Shown here: positions 9,962 through 20,733 of the stretch, piece after piece
Position numbering within the stretch: position 1 is the first letter of the stretch
How the letters are laid out: the number at the start of each line of letters is the position of its first letter
From: a virus
Taxonomy: Duplodnaviria > Heunggongvirae > Uroviricota > Caudoviricetes
Reading direction: 5' to 3' (one strand)
Virus record (IMG/VR): IMGVR_UViG_3300024298_000005
DNA: 64,000 nt
Position numbers and translations under genes: made by a program
Notes under the pieces: model-generated
What the model was told of the DNA's origin: nothing
Database searches by the model: none
The model's input: only the letters and a program-made list of their open reading frames with translations

Positions 9962-12900
9962 TTATAATATTCTCTCGCCAATGATGTTGTAGCCTGTTGT
10001 GCTACCGTTGTCACTACGCATGAATGTAATGCGATAGATACGACCTGCCGCCTTATCCTGTAGTGTAACGGTAACGGTATCACCAGCGGCATCCATACCG
10101 TGTAGATTATACAATGTAGTCCAGGCAGAAGTAGATACGATTGTGCCAGTGCTACCTGCTTGAGCAACGGCTGCACCATTGATAGCACCCACACCAGTCC
10201 AAGCAAGATTTCTTGACGAACCGTTGCCAATAACCTGTGGGAATATACCCCCTTGATTGCTGATGCGGAAACGCATATTATCCAAGGTAATCTCAGTATC
10301 TATGGCTGCGTTGTATGCCGTTCTTGATACTGACGGTGTTCTCGATGTAAAGGTTGCGTCAGTGTTAAATGTAACACCCGTGCTGCTCATTGTCAGCACA
10401 TTGGTATACGAACTGCTCGAACGGAACTGGAATGATCCTTGAGTTGATCCACCAATGCTAACGTCAAAGTACATATTGGTACTACCATTCTTCAAGTTAC
10501 GAAGAGCGCCTTCGTTAGGCATTTGTAGTGCAACGCCACTGACAGCATTATCTCCAGCAATGAACGCTGTGGTAGCATTAGCTGTTACACTACCGCTGTT
10601 GGCCACTAGATTCTTACCGATGTTTACACTTGATCCAGATCCGCTGTTATATTGAGTTCCAATACTAATATCACTACTATCTAAACTATTGATCCATAAT
10701 GTTCCACTGCTGGTATGAATATGAAGGTTGCCGTCGTCAAAAAGTTGTCCGTGTGTGCCAATATTGAGAGTCTTATTAGTAGCAGAGTTATTAGTTACAC
10801 TTGTTGTTCCTGGAATCGTTAAGACACCAGCACCCGATAAGGTAAGAAGTGTAACTGGGGCGTTGGAACCAGCAAAGCCTAATCCGTCGCCAGCATACCA
10901 ACCAAAGTTGAAGTTAGGGCCTTGAACAGAGGACCATAAGGTATCAGTTGACATACCGATAGCACAATCCATTTTATTCACTGCTATATCTGGATTGAAT
11001 AATATTCTGGTTCCTGTAGATCTATCAGTTACGGTAGGAGCCCCATAGACATTGTTAAAGTCTATTCTACTATAAGTAGAACCGTTAATATAAAGTTGTG
11101 CACCTGTTCCGTGTGTTGCGGTTCCCGTTTTACTACTAGTAATAGTTCCACTAGTTGTTAAACTTGTTAGTGTGCCAACACTGGTTAAACTTGAAGTTAC
11201 TACGGTTGAATTTAATGTTGTGCCGGTTAGTGTGCCCGCGGCCGCTGTAATAGTAGCACTTGCACCTAGTGCGATACTTGTGCCATTAATCGTTACTGAA
11301 CTATTTGCCAACTTAGAATTGGCAATAGATCCTGCCAGCATTGTGTTTGTGACCGTGCCGGTGTCGGTGGTATAAACACCATTGGTTACGGTATCGGCAT
11401 TGCCGGTATAAGCGGTGCTCTGTGTGGTATTATCTGGAAATGTTAAACTACCAGTAGTTCCAAATGTCCAATCTTTTAATGGGGATGTTCCGGTTTCAAT
11501 GATCAATCCAGACGGACTTCTAAACTTATTTGTATTGCTTAGTATTAAACTGCCGGAAGCATCAAATCCTAATACGCCAGTAAAACCACTTGCTGAAATA
11601 CTATTAACGGTAATAGTGCCGCTTCCACCTAAAGAAATGCTTGTGCCATTGACAGAGATACTGCTGTTTGCTAATGCGCTATTTGGAACGGAACTTAGTC
11701 GTGCATTAGGTAATGTTCCGCTGGTAATATTAGAAGCATTTGTTGTATCTGTGGTAGCACTCGTAGCTAACCCAGTAATCTTGCTTGTGGCAATACTGCC
11801 TGCTAACATAGCATTTGTAACCGTGCCGGTATCGCCTGTAGTAATCAGTGTGCCAGTTGTTCCTGGCATTGTAACGGTTGTTGTACCAGCTATTGCACTA
11901 GGCCTTAATTGTGTTGTGCCGCTAGTGCTACCAGCAAATGTAATCCATGCCATTCCGCCAAGTGTAGTTGACGAACTGCCTAATGATATTGATGTAGTAC
12001 CAATGGTAACAGAGCTATTAGACAAACTCGAGTTGGCAATGTTGGTAATAGTATTACTTGAGCCACTAATGTTTTTACTAGTTAAAGTTTCAGCACCTGT
12101 CTTAGTTGCATAACCTGTTAGTGTTGGGCCAGTGATGGTGATATTGCCTTCAGCATCACTGGATGTTGTAATATTATTAGCTCCTATAAACTTAATTGTT
12201 TCTTGACTACTAATAGTTTTTAATGAACTATCATCGGCTGCTACATTAAATGTAAATTGTGCCGGTATTGCTGCGGCGGTAATGTATCCGCTGTCGTTGG
12301 CTAATTGGCTTACATTTGTAGGTATAGTTGGCTTATTAGTTAAGTCTGTATAACTACCACTAAAGATTGTAGGGGTCCCAGTTAACTTGCTGTAGGCTAG
12401 ACTTGTTATCCACGCTGGATTTGCGTATGTGCCTGTGGTATAAACACCGTTGGTCACCGTATCGGCATTGCCGTCAATACTTACACCTGTTAGTGTTTGG
12501 CTAGCACTTGATCTGTTTAGGGCAATACTGGTTGTACCAACATAGGTAGTATCTGCTCTACGTGCTATAGTATTATCAACTGCTACGGTAACTGCTGTGC
12601 TACCATCATAACTTGTTCCGCTGAGTCCTGTGCCAATAGTTAGTGCATTAGGATTTACTGCGGTGATAGTAATAGCAGCAGAACCATCAAAATTTATTCC
12701 GTTGATAGCACGAGCAGTTCCTAATTTAGTTGCTGTTGCGGCATTACCCGAGCTAGTAATATATCCTTGGCTAGTAACATAAGTCTGTGTAGCATAGGTC
12801 AATAGCGTAGACGACAGCGAGCTATTAGTTACATAAGATGTTAGGTTAGGCGGTGTAAATGTAAACACCCCCGAAGTATTGTTGTAACTTAAACTTCCTC

Positions 12901-14116
12901 CACCGCTGGCTGAAGCATTCGATGCTGATAAGTCAGTGAGTCCAATACCACTACCACCACTGCCTACTAGGTCAGCTGCTGGTTGCCATATGCTAAGGCT
13001 GGCATTATATTTTAAGACTTGACCGTCTGTGGCTCCCACGGTAGTCACATCATCTAAACTATTTAAAGTTGTTAATATTGTAGGCTTGCTGGTAACATCG
13101 CTCCAACTAACAGACCCAGTCCAAGCTGTAGTCTGTGTTGTGTTGTCACTGAATGTTAGTTGTTTAGATAGTTTAACTTCTGTTTCACTAAAGCGAACAA
13201 CTTCCTTATTGCCTGCTGATGCATCACCTGCAATAATCTTAGTATAGGTATTGGCAATACTTGTGCCAAGTACTAAGTTACCACCGCCAGCATTACCTCC
13301 TTGCACATACAACCATCCATCACGCTGTCCTACATTATCATATAAACTATTCTCTGCTGTGCCGTCCCAACTTGCTCCGTTAATACCTAAATCAATATAG
13401 TAGTCTGTGTCGCTACCGTTTGGACTTGTTGCTACCCATTCTGTACTTGCGTGATTGCCATCGTTAGTATTTTGAAAGTTGTTCTGTGCGTAGTCGTTAA
13501 CCTGCGCTTGACTTTGGATAACGGTGTTAGGTAGTGCAGCTACACCTGCGGCGCGGCCTGCAAATATAGCAGTGAAACCTTCAGCATCACCTGGTAATAC
13601 TCCTGTGGCATGCAGTTTATTGTTAGTATCAAAGTCAATGGTATCTAGATCAAAGCTACTAGAAGTTACATATCCGCTATCGTTAGTAAAGGAACTAACT
13701 ACGCTAGGAATGCCTGCCGATGTAATGTATCCACGAGTAGTTACATAAGTTTGTGTAGCATAACTAGATAAGGCGCTTGAAGTAATGTATCCGCTATCGT
13801 TAGTAAATGCTGAGACTGCTGTGGGTGCATTTGAAATACTAGCATATGGAACGGTACCCACACTGATAACTTGATTAGCAATGTTAATAGTGGTGCCGTC
13901 AATTTTAACACCACCTTTTACGGTAGTTGTTGCTGTGGGTAATGTATAAGTTCCCCCGCCTGTTCCTCCGCTGACAACGGTTCCCCCTGGTGTTACTCCA
14001 TCGGAAATACGTAAAATACCCGTATCTTCGTCGTAAAATAGTTGTCCGTGAGCACCAACGTAAAATTCTACGTCTTGGCCAGGTATACGCCCAGATTTAA
14101 TCTTTTGAATAGTCAT
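9962..14116 (-). CDS. tail fibre protein (1384 aa, repeat-rich)
   Basis: Gly/Thr/Ser-rich; repeated FTNDSGY(I/V)TS and TYATQTYVT motifs; size typical of long tail fibres. Confidence 0.8.
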   Translation of the reverse strand: MTIQKIKSGRIPGQDVEFYVGAHGQLFYDEDTGILRISDGVTPGGTVVSGGTGGGTYTLPTATTTVKGGVKIDGTTINIANQVISVGTVPYASISNAPTAVSAFTNDSGYITSSALSSYATQTYVTTRGYITSAGIPSVVSSFTNDSGYVTSSSFDLDTIDFDTNNKLHATGVLPGDAEGFTAIFAGRAAGVAALPNTVIQSQAQVNDYAQNNFQNTNDGNHASTEWVATSPNGSDTDYYIDLGINGASWDGTAENSLYDNVGQRDGWLYVQGGNAGGGNLVLGTSIANTYTKIIAGDASAGNKEVVRFSETEVKLSKQLTFSDNTTQTTAWTGSVSWSDVTSKPTILTTLNSLDDVTTVGATDGQVLKYNASLSIWQPAADLVGSGGSGIGLTDLSASNASASGGGSLSYNNTSGVFTFTPPNLTSYVTNSSLSSTLLTYATQTYVTSQGYITSSGNAATATKLGTARAINGINFDGSAAITITAVNPNALTIGTGLSGTSYDGSTAVTVAVDNTIARRADTTYVGTTSIALNRSSASQTLTGVSIDGNADTVTNGVYTTGTYANPAWITSLAYSKLTGTPTIFSGSYTDLTNKPTIPTNVSQLANDSGYITAAAIPAQFTFNVAADDSSLKTISSQETIKFIGANNITTSSDAEGNITITGPTLTGYATKTGAETLTSKNISGSSNTITNIANSSLSNSSVTIGTTSISLGSSSTTLGGMAWITFAGSTSGTTQLRPSAIAGTTTVTMPGTTGTLITTGDTGTVTNAMLAGSIATSKITGLATSATTDTTNASNITSGTLPNARLSSVPNSALANSSISVNGTSISLGGSGTITVNSISASGFTGVLGFDASGSLILSNTNKFRSPSGLIIETGTSPLKDWTFGTTGSLTFPDNTTQSTAYTGNADTVTNGVYTTDTGTVTNTMLAGSIANSKLANSSVTINGTSIALGASATITAAAGTLTGTTLNSTVVTSSLTSVGTLTSLTTSGTITSSKTGTATHGTGAQLYINGSTYSRIDFNNVYGAPTVTDRSTGTRILFNPDIAVNKMDCAIGMSTDTLWSSVQGPNFNFGWYAGDGLGFAGSNAPVTLLTLSGAGVLTIPGTTSVTNNSATNKTLNIGTHGQLFDDGNLHIHTSSGTLWINSLDSSDISIGTQYNSGSGSSVNIGKNLVANSGSVTANATTAFIAGDNAVSGVALQMPNEGALRNLKNGSTNMYFDVSIGGSTQGSFQFRSSSSYTNVLTMSSTGVTFNTDATFTSRTPSVSRTAYNAAIDTEITLDNMRFRISNQGGIFPQVIGNGSSRNLAWTGVGAINGAAVAQAGSTGTIVSTSAWTTLYNLHGMDAAGDTVTVTLQDKAAGRIYRITFMRSDNGSTTGYNIIGERIL

Positions 14117-14143
14117 ACCAATATTTATCGGTATGTTTTTTTA

Positions 14144-14389
14144 TTAATTTCTACGAAAAATGGGATTTTGCGGATTATGCTCGACTTCATCTTGCGTGAG
14201 CTTTTTGATAATTGGACTATCTTTTCCGGCTTCTGCTTTGTCTAGTTCTAGATGCTGTTGTAACGGAGGAACCATTATTGGATTTGGATCTGCTTTACTT
14301 GGATCTTTAGCTGGCAGATTGTTCTCGGACTCGCCGTCTAATTTGTCAATAATATCGGCTAACGCCCTCATAAATTCTGCTGCTCTCAT
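14144..14389 (-). CDS. hypothetical protein
   Basis: 81-aa ORF. Confidence 0.4.
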   Translation of the reverse strand: MRAAEFMRALADIIDKLDGESENNLPAKDPSKADPNPIMVPPLQQHLELDKAEAGKDSPIIKKLTQDEVEHNPQNPIFRRN

Positions 14390-14398
14390 AGTGTATAT

Positions 14399-15742
14399 TT
14401 AGTATATTTCGCGCCACTGCCAGCCAACGCCGACGTTTGTGCTCTGTGAGCCTATGTTAGTTGCTACTACAACGTAGATCTCGCTGTCAGTGCTGTCATA
14501 GTTTTGTACAATATAATTCTTTTTGGCTTCGCTGGGAAGGTTACTTGCTGGGGCACCGCCGGCTTTTTGACTACCTTGTGTACTAGCACCAACAAAGCCG
14601 TTGTCCATTTCATCGCCACCTGTGAATGCTGTGCAGGTAGCGTTATATTGTACACCACTATCAGTGTCAACATCTACCCAGGTAGATCCAGTCAATGCGG
14701 CCTGATTAGGCAGTTTGATCAAACGCCATTTGATACTATCGCCATCGCTGAATACATTTAGGTTTCCAGAACGAACTATCATACGGTTGGCATAGGTTTT
14801 GAATGTTGTTTTTAATCTTATGGCCATTATGGTCAATGTTGCACCAGAGGCTATGGTTCTTAGGCTAGGGCTAATCACTGACCAATCCTGTCCTGCTTCT
14901 ACGTAGCCGCCTTCTGACACTACGGTAGAGCAGATCTGATCAAAGTAAGCACCTGTAGTAGTGCCTGTGTTTACAATCTCACAGCGTACAGGCAAGTTTG
15001 GTGTGCTTATGTAGACCGTGGTCAAGTTGTTTGAGTGGTAGAATATGTGGCAGGGTATGTAAGCACCGTTGTGTACAAAACCTACGGTGACAGCACCCAC
15101 ACCTAACCATTGAAACTCTATAAAGGATAGTTGTGTTTTGGTAACATCTATATCAAATGTACTTCCGCCTGTGCCATCACATTTGTCAATGTTCCAGTCG
15201 GCCTGTGTGACACGATTCTCTACAGGAGCACCAGATGTATAAGTTCTTATAACCCAACTCAGAGTACCATCACCTGCTTGTTCAAAAAATATACCATTGT
15301 TATCATCAAAGTATCCTGTGCGCTTTGTAACATTGGCTGTGGCAGCATAGAAGTTAAAACTTGAAAGTATCTGCTGGCTCTTGCCTGGCATATAGTGATG
15401 ATAGAACTTAGTCTGATGAACAACACGACTACTAGAGTTATTACTTGTGGTCAATCTAGCACAGGCTTTATTTGATTGAAAATCTACGGTGCCACCATTT
15501 AATGTATAGTCGATAAAGTTAGGATCTAATCCGTATAAGTGTTTGTAGTCACCTAGAGTAAAAGGTGTACTCATACGTATGCGTCCAAAAGCATCTGTCT
15601 GTCCTACTTTAAGAGTAGTACGAAGCACAGGTTGTCCTAAGGCATTGTACTCCATAGAGTTTTCAATTCTATGAAGATGAGGATCTCTTGGATGAATATA
15701 CGCCGAAGTATTTTCAGGTTGTTCTGAAGGGAAAAGAGCCAT
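14399..15742 (-). CDS. hypothetical protein (probable virion/tail-associated)
   Basis: 447-aa ORF in tail-fibre neighbourhood. Confidence 0.5.
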   Translation of the reverse strand: MALFPSEQPENTSAYIHPRDPHLHRIENSMEYNALGQPVLRTTLKVGQTDAFGRIRMSTPFTLGDYKHLYGLDPNFIDYTLNGGTVDFQSNKACARLTTSNNSSSRVVHQTKFYHHYMPGKSQQILSSFNFYAATANVTKRTGYFDDNNGIFFEQAGDGTLSWVIRTYTSGAPVENRVTQADWNIDKCDGTGGSTFDIDVTKTQLSFIEFQWLGVGAVTVGFVHNGAYIPCHIFYHSNNLTTVYISTPNLPVRCEIVNTGTTTGAYFDQICSTVVSEGGYVEAGQDWSVISPSLRTIASGATLTIMAIRLKTTFKTYANRMIVRSGNLNVFSDGDSIKWRLIKLPNQAALTGSTWVDVDTDSGVQYNATCTAFTGGDEMDNGFVGASTQGSQKAGGAPASNLPSEAKKNYIVQNYDSTDSEIYVVVATNIGSQSTNVGVGWQWREIY

Positions 15743-15751
15743 ATTAAATCT

Positions 15752-16024
15752 TTAGGTTTTCCACGGACGACCGGCAACTAAGCCGCCAGTGTTAGGATTA
15801 TCGTCTGCGCCCGGAACATTGCCGTTATATGTGTCTGGCAATAATGTTGTGTCTAAAACATTGTTTGGTCTATAATATGGTTTAGAACTATCAAGAGAAC
15901 CAGTTATTGTTCCATCAGTCGCAACTACTTTGCCTTGACGTTTTGCTTCAGCAATTTGTAATTTAAGAAGCTGTGATTGTTCTTTAGTATGTAATAATCT
16001 ATCTGAAATACCGTTGGCTGACAT
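15752..16024 (-). CDS. hypothetical protein
   Basis: 90-aa ORF. Confidence 0.45.
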   Translation of the reverse strand: MSANGISDRLLHTKEQSQLLKLQIAEAKRQGKVVATDGTITGSLDSSKPYYRPNNVLDTTLLPDTYNGNVPGADDNPNTGGLVAGRPWKT

Positions 16025-16326
16025 TATTTTGCTCCATAGACCGTTCCTGGATACATTGCAACACTATCACTTCTAATATCTGCAGGATGTTTAGTTCCGT
16101 TTAAACTATCAGCACCAGCATCTACGGTCACAGAGTCAATGCTGGCATATTCTTCTTTCGGAGTATTTGAATATTCGGTTGGCTGACCTTGATCTGCTAG
16201 GTCTACAATTTGTTTAAATCTTTTTATATCTGTATCTTTGTATCCAGAAGGATCTGGGTCGTTTTGTTGTTGATCAACACCATCTATGATATCTAGCATG
16301 CCTCTTATTAATTCTGTAATTTTCAT
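16024..16326 (-). CDS. hypothetical acidic protein
   Basis: 100-aa ORF, ATGA overlap. Confidence 0.45.
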   Translation of the reverse strand: MKITELIRGMLDIIDGVDQQQNDPDPSGYKDTDIKRFKQIVDLADQGQPTEYSNTPKEEYASIDSVTVDAGADSLNGTKHPADIRSDSVAMYPGTVYGAK

Positions 16327-16556
16327 TGTACACCGCCCAATTGCCTAATGCGATTAATTTCTTCTTTAGCAGGATCGCCCTGTTTGTTCATAAAAGCTAC
16401 AATTTTGTCATAGTCTGCCATTGTAACTGGACCGTCTTGTGATAATTTAATAACTGCTTCTGCTATATCATGTAGATCTGCATCTTGCTTAACTTCTTCC
16501 CGAGCAAGCTCTAGCAAACGTATAAACAACGGCACATCTAATTGCACTATATCCAT
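16323..16556 (-). CDS. hypothetical protein
   Basis: 77-aa ORF. Confidence 0.45.
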   Translation of the reverse strand: MDIVQLDVPLFIRLLELAREEVKQDADLHDIAEAVIKLSQDGPVTMADYDKIVAFMNKQGDPAKEEINRIRQLGGVQ

Positions 16557-16598
16557 TTTATAATCTCCGATCTAATATTTAGTGTTAAATAGCATACT

Positions 16599-17801
16599 AT
16601 GATAAACAAAGAACCTTTTAAAAAACTATTGCAGGATCTTAAAGCATCAGGAAAATATCGTGTTTTTAATGATATTGTTAGAGAAGCTGGAAAATTTCCT
16701 ACAGCTATTTGGTACGGGCCTTATAACATTAAGAACATAGTAAACTGGTGTTCAAACGATTATTTGGGCATGGGCCAGCATAAAGTTGTGCTAGATGCTA
16801 TGCACACCGCTCTAGATCACACAGGATCTGGTTCAGGAGGCACTCGCAATATTGGCGGGTCTAGTCACTATCATAAAGCCTTAGAACACGAGCTTGCCAC
16901 TCTGCATAATAAACAGAGCAGTTTATTATTCAGCTCTGCATATGTGGCCAACGAATGGACTCTTATTGCTCTAAGCAAGATTGTGCCTAATATTCATTTT
17001 ATCAGCGATAGTAAAAATCACAATAGTTTAATTATAGGAATGAGTCATAGTCGAGCTCCTAAACAAATATTTGAACACAATAACCTAGAAGATTTAGAAA
17101 GCAAATTAGTTGCTGCTACACTTGCTGGCCATACTCCTTGTATTGTTTTTGAAAGTGTATATTCTATGGATGGTGATGTTGGAGACATAAGAGGAATTTG
17201 TAATCTAGCAGACAAATACAATGCTATCACTTACATTGACGAAGTACATGCGGTAGGGCTATACGGTGAGCGCGGCGCTGGTAAATTAGAAGAGTTAGGG
17301 TTCCAGGACCGAGTTGACATAGTTAACGGAACGCTTGGTAAAGCGTATGGTGTCCAAGGTGGATATATTGCTGCCGATGCAGATGTAATTGATGCTATCC
17401 GATCAGTGGCTGCAGGGTTCATTTTTACTACGTCTATGAGCCCTGTTACCTGTGCCGGTGCGTTGGCTGCAATCAAATACTTAAAAGAGCATAACGAAGT
17501 TCGAGAGAAACATCAAGAACGTGCTCGTAAATTAAGACATAGATTAAAGAAAGCAGGAATTCCTGTTATGGAATGTTCCACCACTCATATTATTCCTGTG
17601 CTTGTTGGAGATGCTAAGAAGTGTAAAGCAATGAGCGATATGCTGTTAAATGATCACAACATCTATGTTCAACCAATTAACTATCCTACGGTTGATGTAG
17701 GTACTGAAAGATTACGATTTGCACCCACTCCATATCACGACGACGGAATGATTGAAGATTTAGTCATTGCTCTTACTGCGGTGTTTAATAAATTTGATTA
17801 G
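16599..17801 (+). CDS. hemA: 5-aminolevulinate synthase (Shemin pathway, PLP-dependent)
   Basis: NYLGMGQHK ... [10 protein letters not shown] ... TLGKAYG PLP-lysine motif; colinear with ALAS. Confidence 0.85.
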   Translation: MINKEPFKKLLQDLKASGKYRVFNDIVREAGKFPTAIWYGPYNIKNIVNWCSNDYLGMGQHKVVLDAMHTALDHTGSGSGGTRNIGGSSHYHKALEHELATLHNKQSSLLFSSAYVANEWTLIALSKIVPNIHFISDSKNHNSLIIGMSHSRAPKQIFEHNNLEDLESKLVAATLAGHTPCIVFESVYSMDGDVGDIRGICNLADKYNAITYIDEVHAVGLYGERGAGKLEELGFQDRVDIVNGTLGKAYGVQGGYIAADADVIDAIRSVAAGFIFTTSMSPVTCAGALAAIKYLKEHNEVREKHQERARKLRHRLKKAGIPVMECSTTHIIPVLVGDAKKCKAMSDMLLNDHNIYVQPINYPTVDVGTERLRFAPTPYHDDGMIEDLVIALTAVFNKFD

Positions 17802-18654
17802 TCTTTAAGTAATTAAAATATTCTTTAATACCTTGATCTATATTAAAGAATCCTTTAACATCAACACCAGCATCCTCTAAAAACTGGACTGATGCACAGG
17901 TGTATTCTTGATATTGTTCTTTAAGATCATTTGGCATGTCAATAGATATTTTTGTGCCATATCCAATCTCTTGTAAGCAAAGATCTGCAACTCGATCAAA
18001 ACTTACAGCATTACCAGTACCAAGGTCGTAGAGACCTTCTTTATAATTGTTAATAAAATGATGTACGGTTTTAGCCACATCTTCGACATATATAAAATCT
18101 CTTAGATAATTTTCTGAGTTGTTGAATATTTTTAAAATTAAATTGTTTTCTAATTGACGGTACCAATGAAAGGGCGTACTAGCCATACGACCTTTGTGAT
18201 ATTCATTTGGTCCGTAGACGTTGAATAATCGAAGTATTACACCATTAGTTATTTCTTGTTCGCAGGTAAGTTTACTAAAAGCATAGTGGTTAACAGGACC
18301 GTTTCCGTTGCCGTATACTGCTGCGCTTGACATGAATATAAACTTTTTTCCGTAATGCTTACAAAGGTCGTGCCATCTTCTTGTACTAACAATATTGGAT
18401 TCGTAGATGCTAGACCAATCTCTTTCTAGTGTACTTGCATTTGCTCCGCAATGGATAACACAATCGAACGCAGATAGATTGTCTATAATTTCTTTAGTAG
18501 AGTATAGTCCTTTATATTTTTTGCCAATTAAATTTTTATATTGATCTCCATAAGGCATATCATCAAAGAGGTAAACATCTTCGATTCCTTGTTTATTAAG
18601 ATAACCTAAAATATAACTTCCAATAAAGCCTGCTGCTCCTGTGAGTATAATCAT
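17785..18654 (-). CDS. hldD: ADP-L-glycero-D-manno-heptose 6-epimerase
   Basis: [13 protein letters not shown] Rossmann start, ...SSAAVYG; close to E. coli HldD over N-terminal 120 aa; start set at internal Met giving ATGA overlap. Confidence 0.75.
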   Translation of the reverse strand: MIILTGAAGFIGSYILGYLNKQGIEDVYLFDDMPYGDQYKNLIGKKYKGLYSTKEIIDNLSAFDCVIHCGANASTLERDWSSIYESNIVSTRRWHDLCKHYGKKFIFMSSAAVYGNGNGPVNHYAFSKLTCEQEITNGVILRLFNVYGPNEYHKGRMASTPFHWYRQLENNLILKIFNNSENYLRDFIYVEDVAKTVHHFINNYKEGLYDLGTGNAVSFDRVADLCLQEIGYGTKISIDMPNDLKEQYQEYTCASVQFLEDAGVDVKGFFNIDQGIKEYFNYLKTNQIY

Positions 18655-19427
18655 AGTATTTCCTCTAATGTTGGTGCATAACATCCAACGTGCTGTACCG
18701 TAATTGATGATGCATTGTTGGCAAACTCTAATGCTTGCATCATATTTTCTGTTTCTAAAAATTTGTAGGTCAATGCAGCTAAGAAAGTATCGCCTGCTCC
18801 TGTTACATCAACCAATGGAACTTTTTTAGGGGTTAGTTTATTATCCAAATATTGAACCCCATCTTCGCCAAGAGTAACAATTAACCATTTGCTGTTTGGT
18901 AATGTAATAGCCTTGCTTTTTTCTAATTCATTTATTTTTACATAACAGCCTTCGAACCTAACAAGGTCTGTTTTTTTAGTGTCAATGAAAATAGGTCCTT
19001 TGTATTCTTTTCTAATTTCTTCAACAAGTTCGTAGGTAATGGTTCCTTTGTTATAATCGCTGATTACTATTGCATCATAAAAATTAGGAATAGGAGTATC
19101 AAACCTAATAGGATCACTTTTCTTATCTCTATCAATTCGAACTATCTGTTGTTTACTGCGTCGATCGATAAGTCTTTCTTTTTCGCTAGTTTCCCCGTAG
19201 AGGAAATTTACATTGCACCCAAGTGCTTCTAAATTTTCTCTAACGTTGTCGGCCATACCCGCTTTGTAAGTATGTCCATGTGGATTGAACACAGGTATTG
19301 GAGCTTCAGGACTAATCCTATTCACACTTCCGTATGTGTAAATGTCTGTACCTTTATCCCCTATCAATAATATCCTGTATTGTTTTGGAAGTTGAGTGAT
19401 TTGTTCGTTCATAAAATAATATTTCAT
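18651..19427 (-). CDS. PfkB-family sugar kinase (HldE kinase-domain-like, heptose-7-P kinase candidate)
   Basis: PfkB signature DVTGAGDTFLAAL; GGGAGA RBS before Met at 19427. Confidence 0.65.
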   Translation of the reverse strand: MKYYFMNEQITQLPKQYRILLIGDKGTDIYTYGSVNRISPEAPIPVFNPHGHTYKAGMADNVRENLEALGCNVNFLYGETSEKERLIDRRSKQQIVRIDRDKKSDPIRFDTPIPNFYDAIVISDYNKGTITYELVEEIRKEYKGPIFIDTKKTDLVRFEGCYVKINELEKSKAITLPNSKWLIVTLGEDGVQYLDNKLTPKKVPLVDVTGAGDTFLAALTYKFLETENMMQALEFANNASSITVQHVGCYAPTLEEIL

Positions 19428-19752
19428 TGCAGTATTCTTCTCCCACAATCGATCTATTGCGGTAGTCACTGCCTTTTACCATAGTTACAGGCCTAATGCT
19501 TTTAATTATTGAGATAAGTTCTTCTTCAGTATTGAAAATCTTAACATCATCTACAGATTTTAAATTCTGTAACATAAGCATACGATCCCATTGATCGTTA
19601 ATAGGGCGGCCCGGCCCTTTAAGAAAATTTACACGAGCATCGCTGTCAATACAAACTAGCAAACGATCGCCAACAGACTTTGCATAGTTTAATAATTCTA
19701 TGTGTCCTCTATGCAATATATCAAAAGTTCCATTGACTATTATTTGTTTCAT
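19354..19752 (-). CDS. cytidylyltransferase-like nucleotidyltransferase (HldE domain-II-like, heptose-1-P adenylyltransferase candidate)
   Basis: GTFDILHRGH (H/T-x-G-H) motif. Confidence 0.7.
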   Translation of the reverse strand: MKQIIVNGTFDILHRGHIELLNYAKSVGDRLLVCIDSDARVNFLKGPGRPINDQWDRMLMLQNLKSVDDVKIFNTEEELISIIKSIRPVTMVKGSDYRNRSIVGEEYCNEILFYERTNHSTSKTIQDIIDRG

Positions 19753-20372
19753 GGTAACGAGTTAACAAAACTTGCAAGATCGTCAAATATAATAGTTCGA
19801 CGCTTTAATTCTCTGTAAGTGAATTTGTTTAATTCTTTTTCTGTTTCAAGGCCATAACCTGTTCTAACTAACACAGGTTTTGAACCCATCTTAACTGCTG
19901 CTTTAAGATCTTTAATCTTATCGCCTACATAATAACCTTGATTAAATTTAATATCTGGAATTTCTTTTTCACATCTCTTAAACATTCCAGTATTTGGTTT
20001 TGCAAACGGATCATCTTTACGTGAGCTAGCAGAATAATATATTGCATCGATACTAGAACATCCTGCCTTGCCAAACAAATCTAGCATATGTGTGTGCAAT
20101 GTATCTACTTGTTCTTGTGTATAGATACCCTTTTCAATTCCCCCTTGATCTGTAATGATTACAATCTTATAACCTTTACGTCTAAGTTCAGCAACTGCAT
20201 CAACGCTGCCAGGAATTGGATCAAAATCTTCAACACGATAACAATAGGTACCTAGATCGCGATTAATAACTCCGTCACGATCTAAGCCTATTACACACTT
20301 TGTTCTAAACTCGCCACCAGTCCAGGTAATCTTAGGCTGGTTGTTCTGTGGCTGGTTGTTCTGTTGTTGCAC
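19749..20372 (-). CDS. gmhB: D,D-heptose 1,7-bisphosphate phosphatase (HAD-IIIA)
   Basis: GLDRDGVIN motif and HAD fold spacing. Confidence 0.7.
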   Translation of the reverse strand: MQQQNNQPQNNQPKITWTGGEFRTKCVIGLDRDGVINRDLGTYCYRVEDFDPIPGSVDAVAELRRKGYKIVIITDQGGIEKGIYTQEQVDTLHTHMLDLFGKAGCSSIDAIYYSASSRKDDPFAKPNTGMFKRCEKEIPDIKFNQGYYVGDKIKDLKAAVKMGSKPVLVRTGYGLETEKELNKFTYRELKRRTIIFDDLASFVNSLP

Positions 20373-20733
20373 TTTGGCTGTCTCCGGGAATGATTCGATA
20401 GTTATCCTCTACACTATCTGCTGTACTAACTTCAAATATCATTGAGTTTGGTACAAGAGCAATAAGTTGATGAGGCATCATAGGAGGGTTATGCCAAGTA
20501 TCACCTTCATTTAAGAATTTTTCGTGATAGGTTGCTGTTTTTGTGTCGCACCAAACCAATTTAAATTTTCCTGCGTTTACAAACCATGTTTCGTCTTTTT
20601 CTTTATGAAAGTGCATACTAAACTTAGCACCTGCTTTTTCAAAGACCATAATCTTACCGCAGTACTTGTCGTTGGTTGCCCAAATAATTTCGCAACCCCA
20701 TCCTTTATCTACTTTACCTTCTTGTCTTGTCAT
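20332..20733 (-). CDS. cupin-fold protein (sugar isomerase/epimerase-like)
   Basis: small beta-barrel-type sequence with His-rich motifs; within sugar-nucleotide cluster. Confidence 0.4.
   Translation of the reverse strand: MTRQEGKVDKGWGCEIIWATNDKYCGKIMVFEKAGAKFSMHFHKEKDETWFVNAGKFKLVWCDTKTATYHEKFLNEGDTWHNPPMMPHQLIALVPNSMIFEVSTADSVEDNYRIIPGDSQSATTEQPATEQPA

Noticed and set aside
9955-10230. 91-aa minus-strand ORF overlapping the tail-fibre C-terminus in another frame
   Set aside because: It is fully nested in the 1384-aa gene. The real small gene downstream is the 51-aa Cys-rich ORF at 9796-9951.
10257-13748. Several + strand ORFs (10257, 10455, 10728, 11172, 11415-12113 232 aa, 13029, 13524) inside the tail-fibre gene
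   Set aside because: They are antisense to a long, repeat-rich Gly/Thr ORF. Low-complexity Val/Pro/Leu translations are typical of frame-shadow artefacts. No RBS is present.
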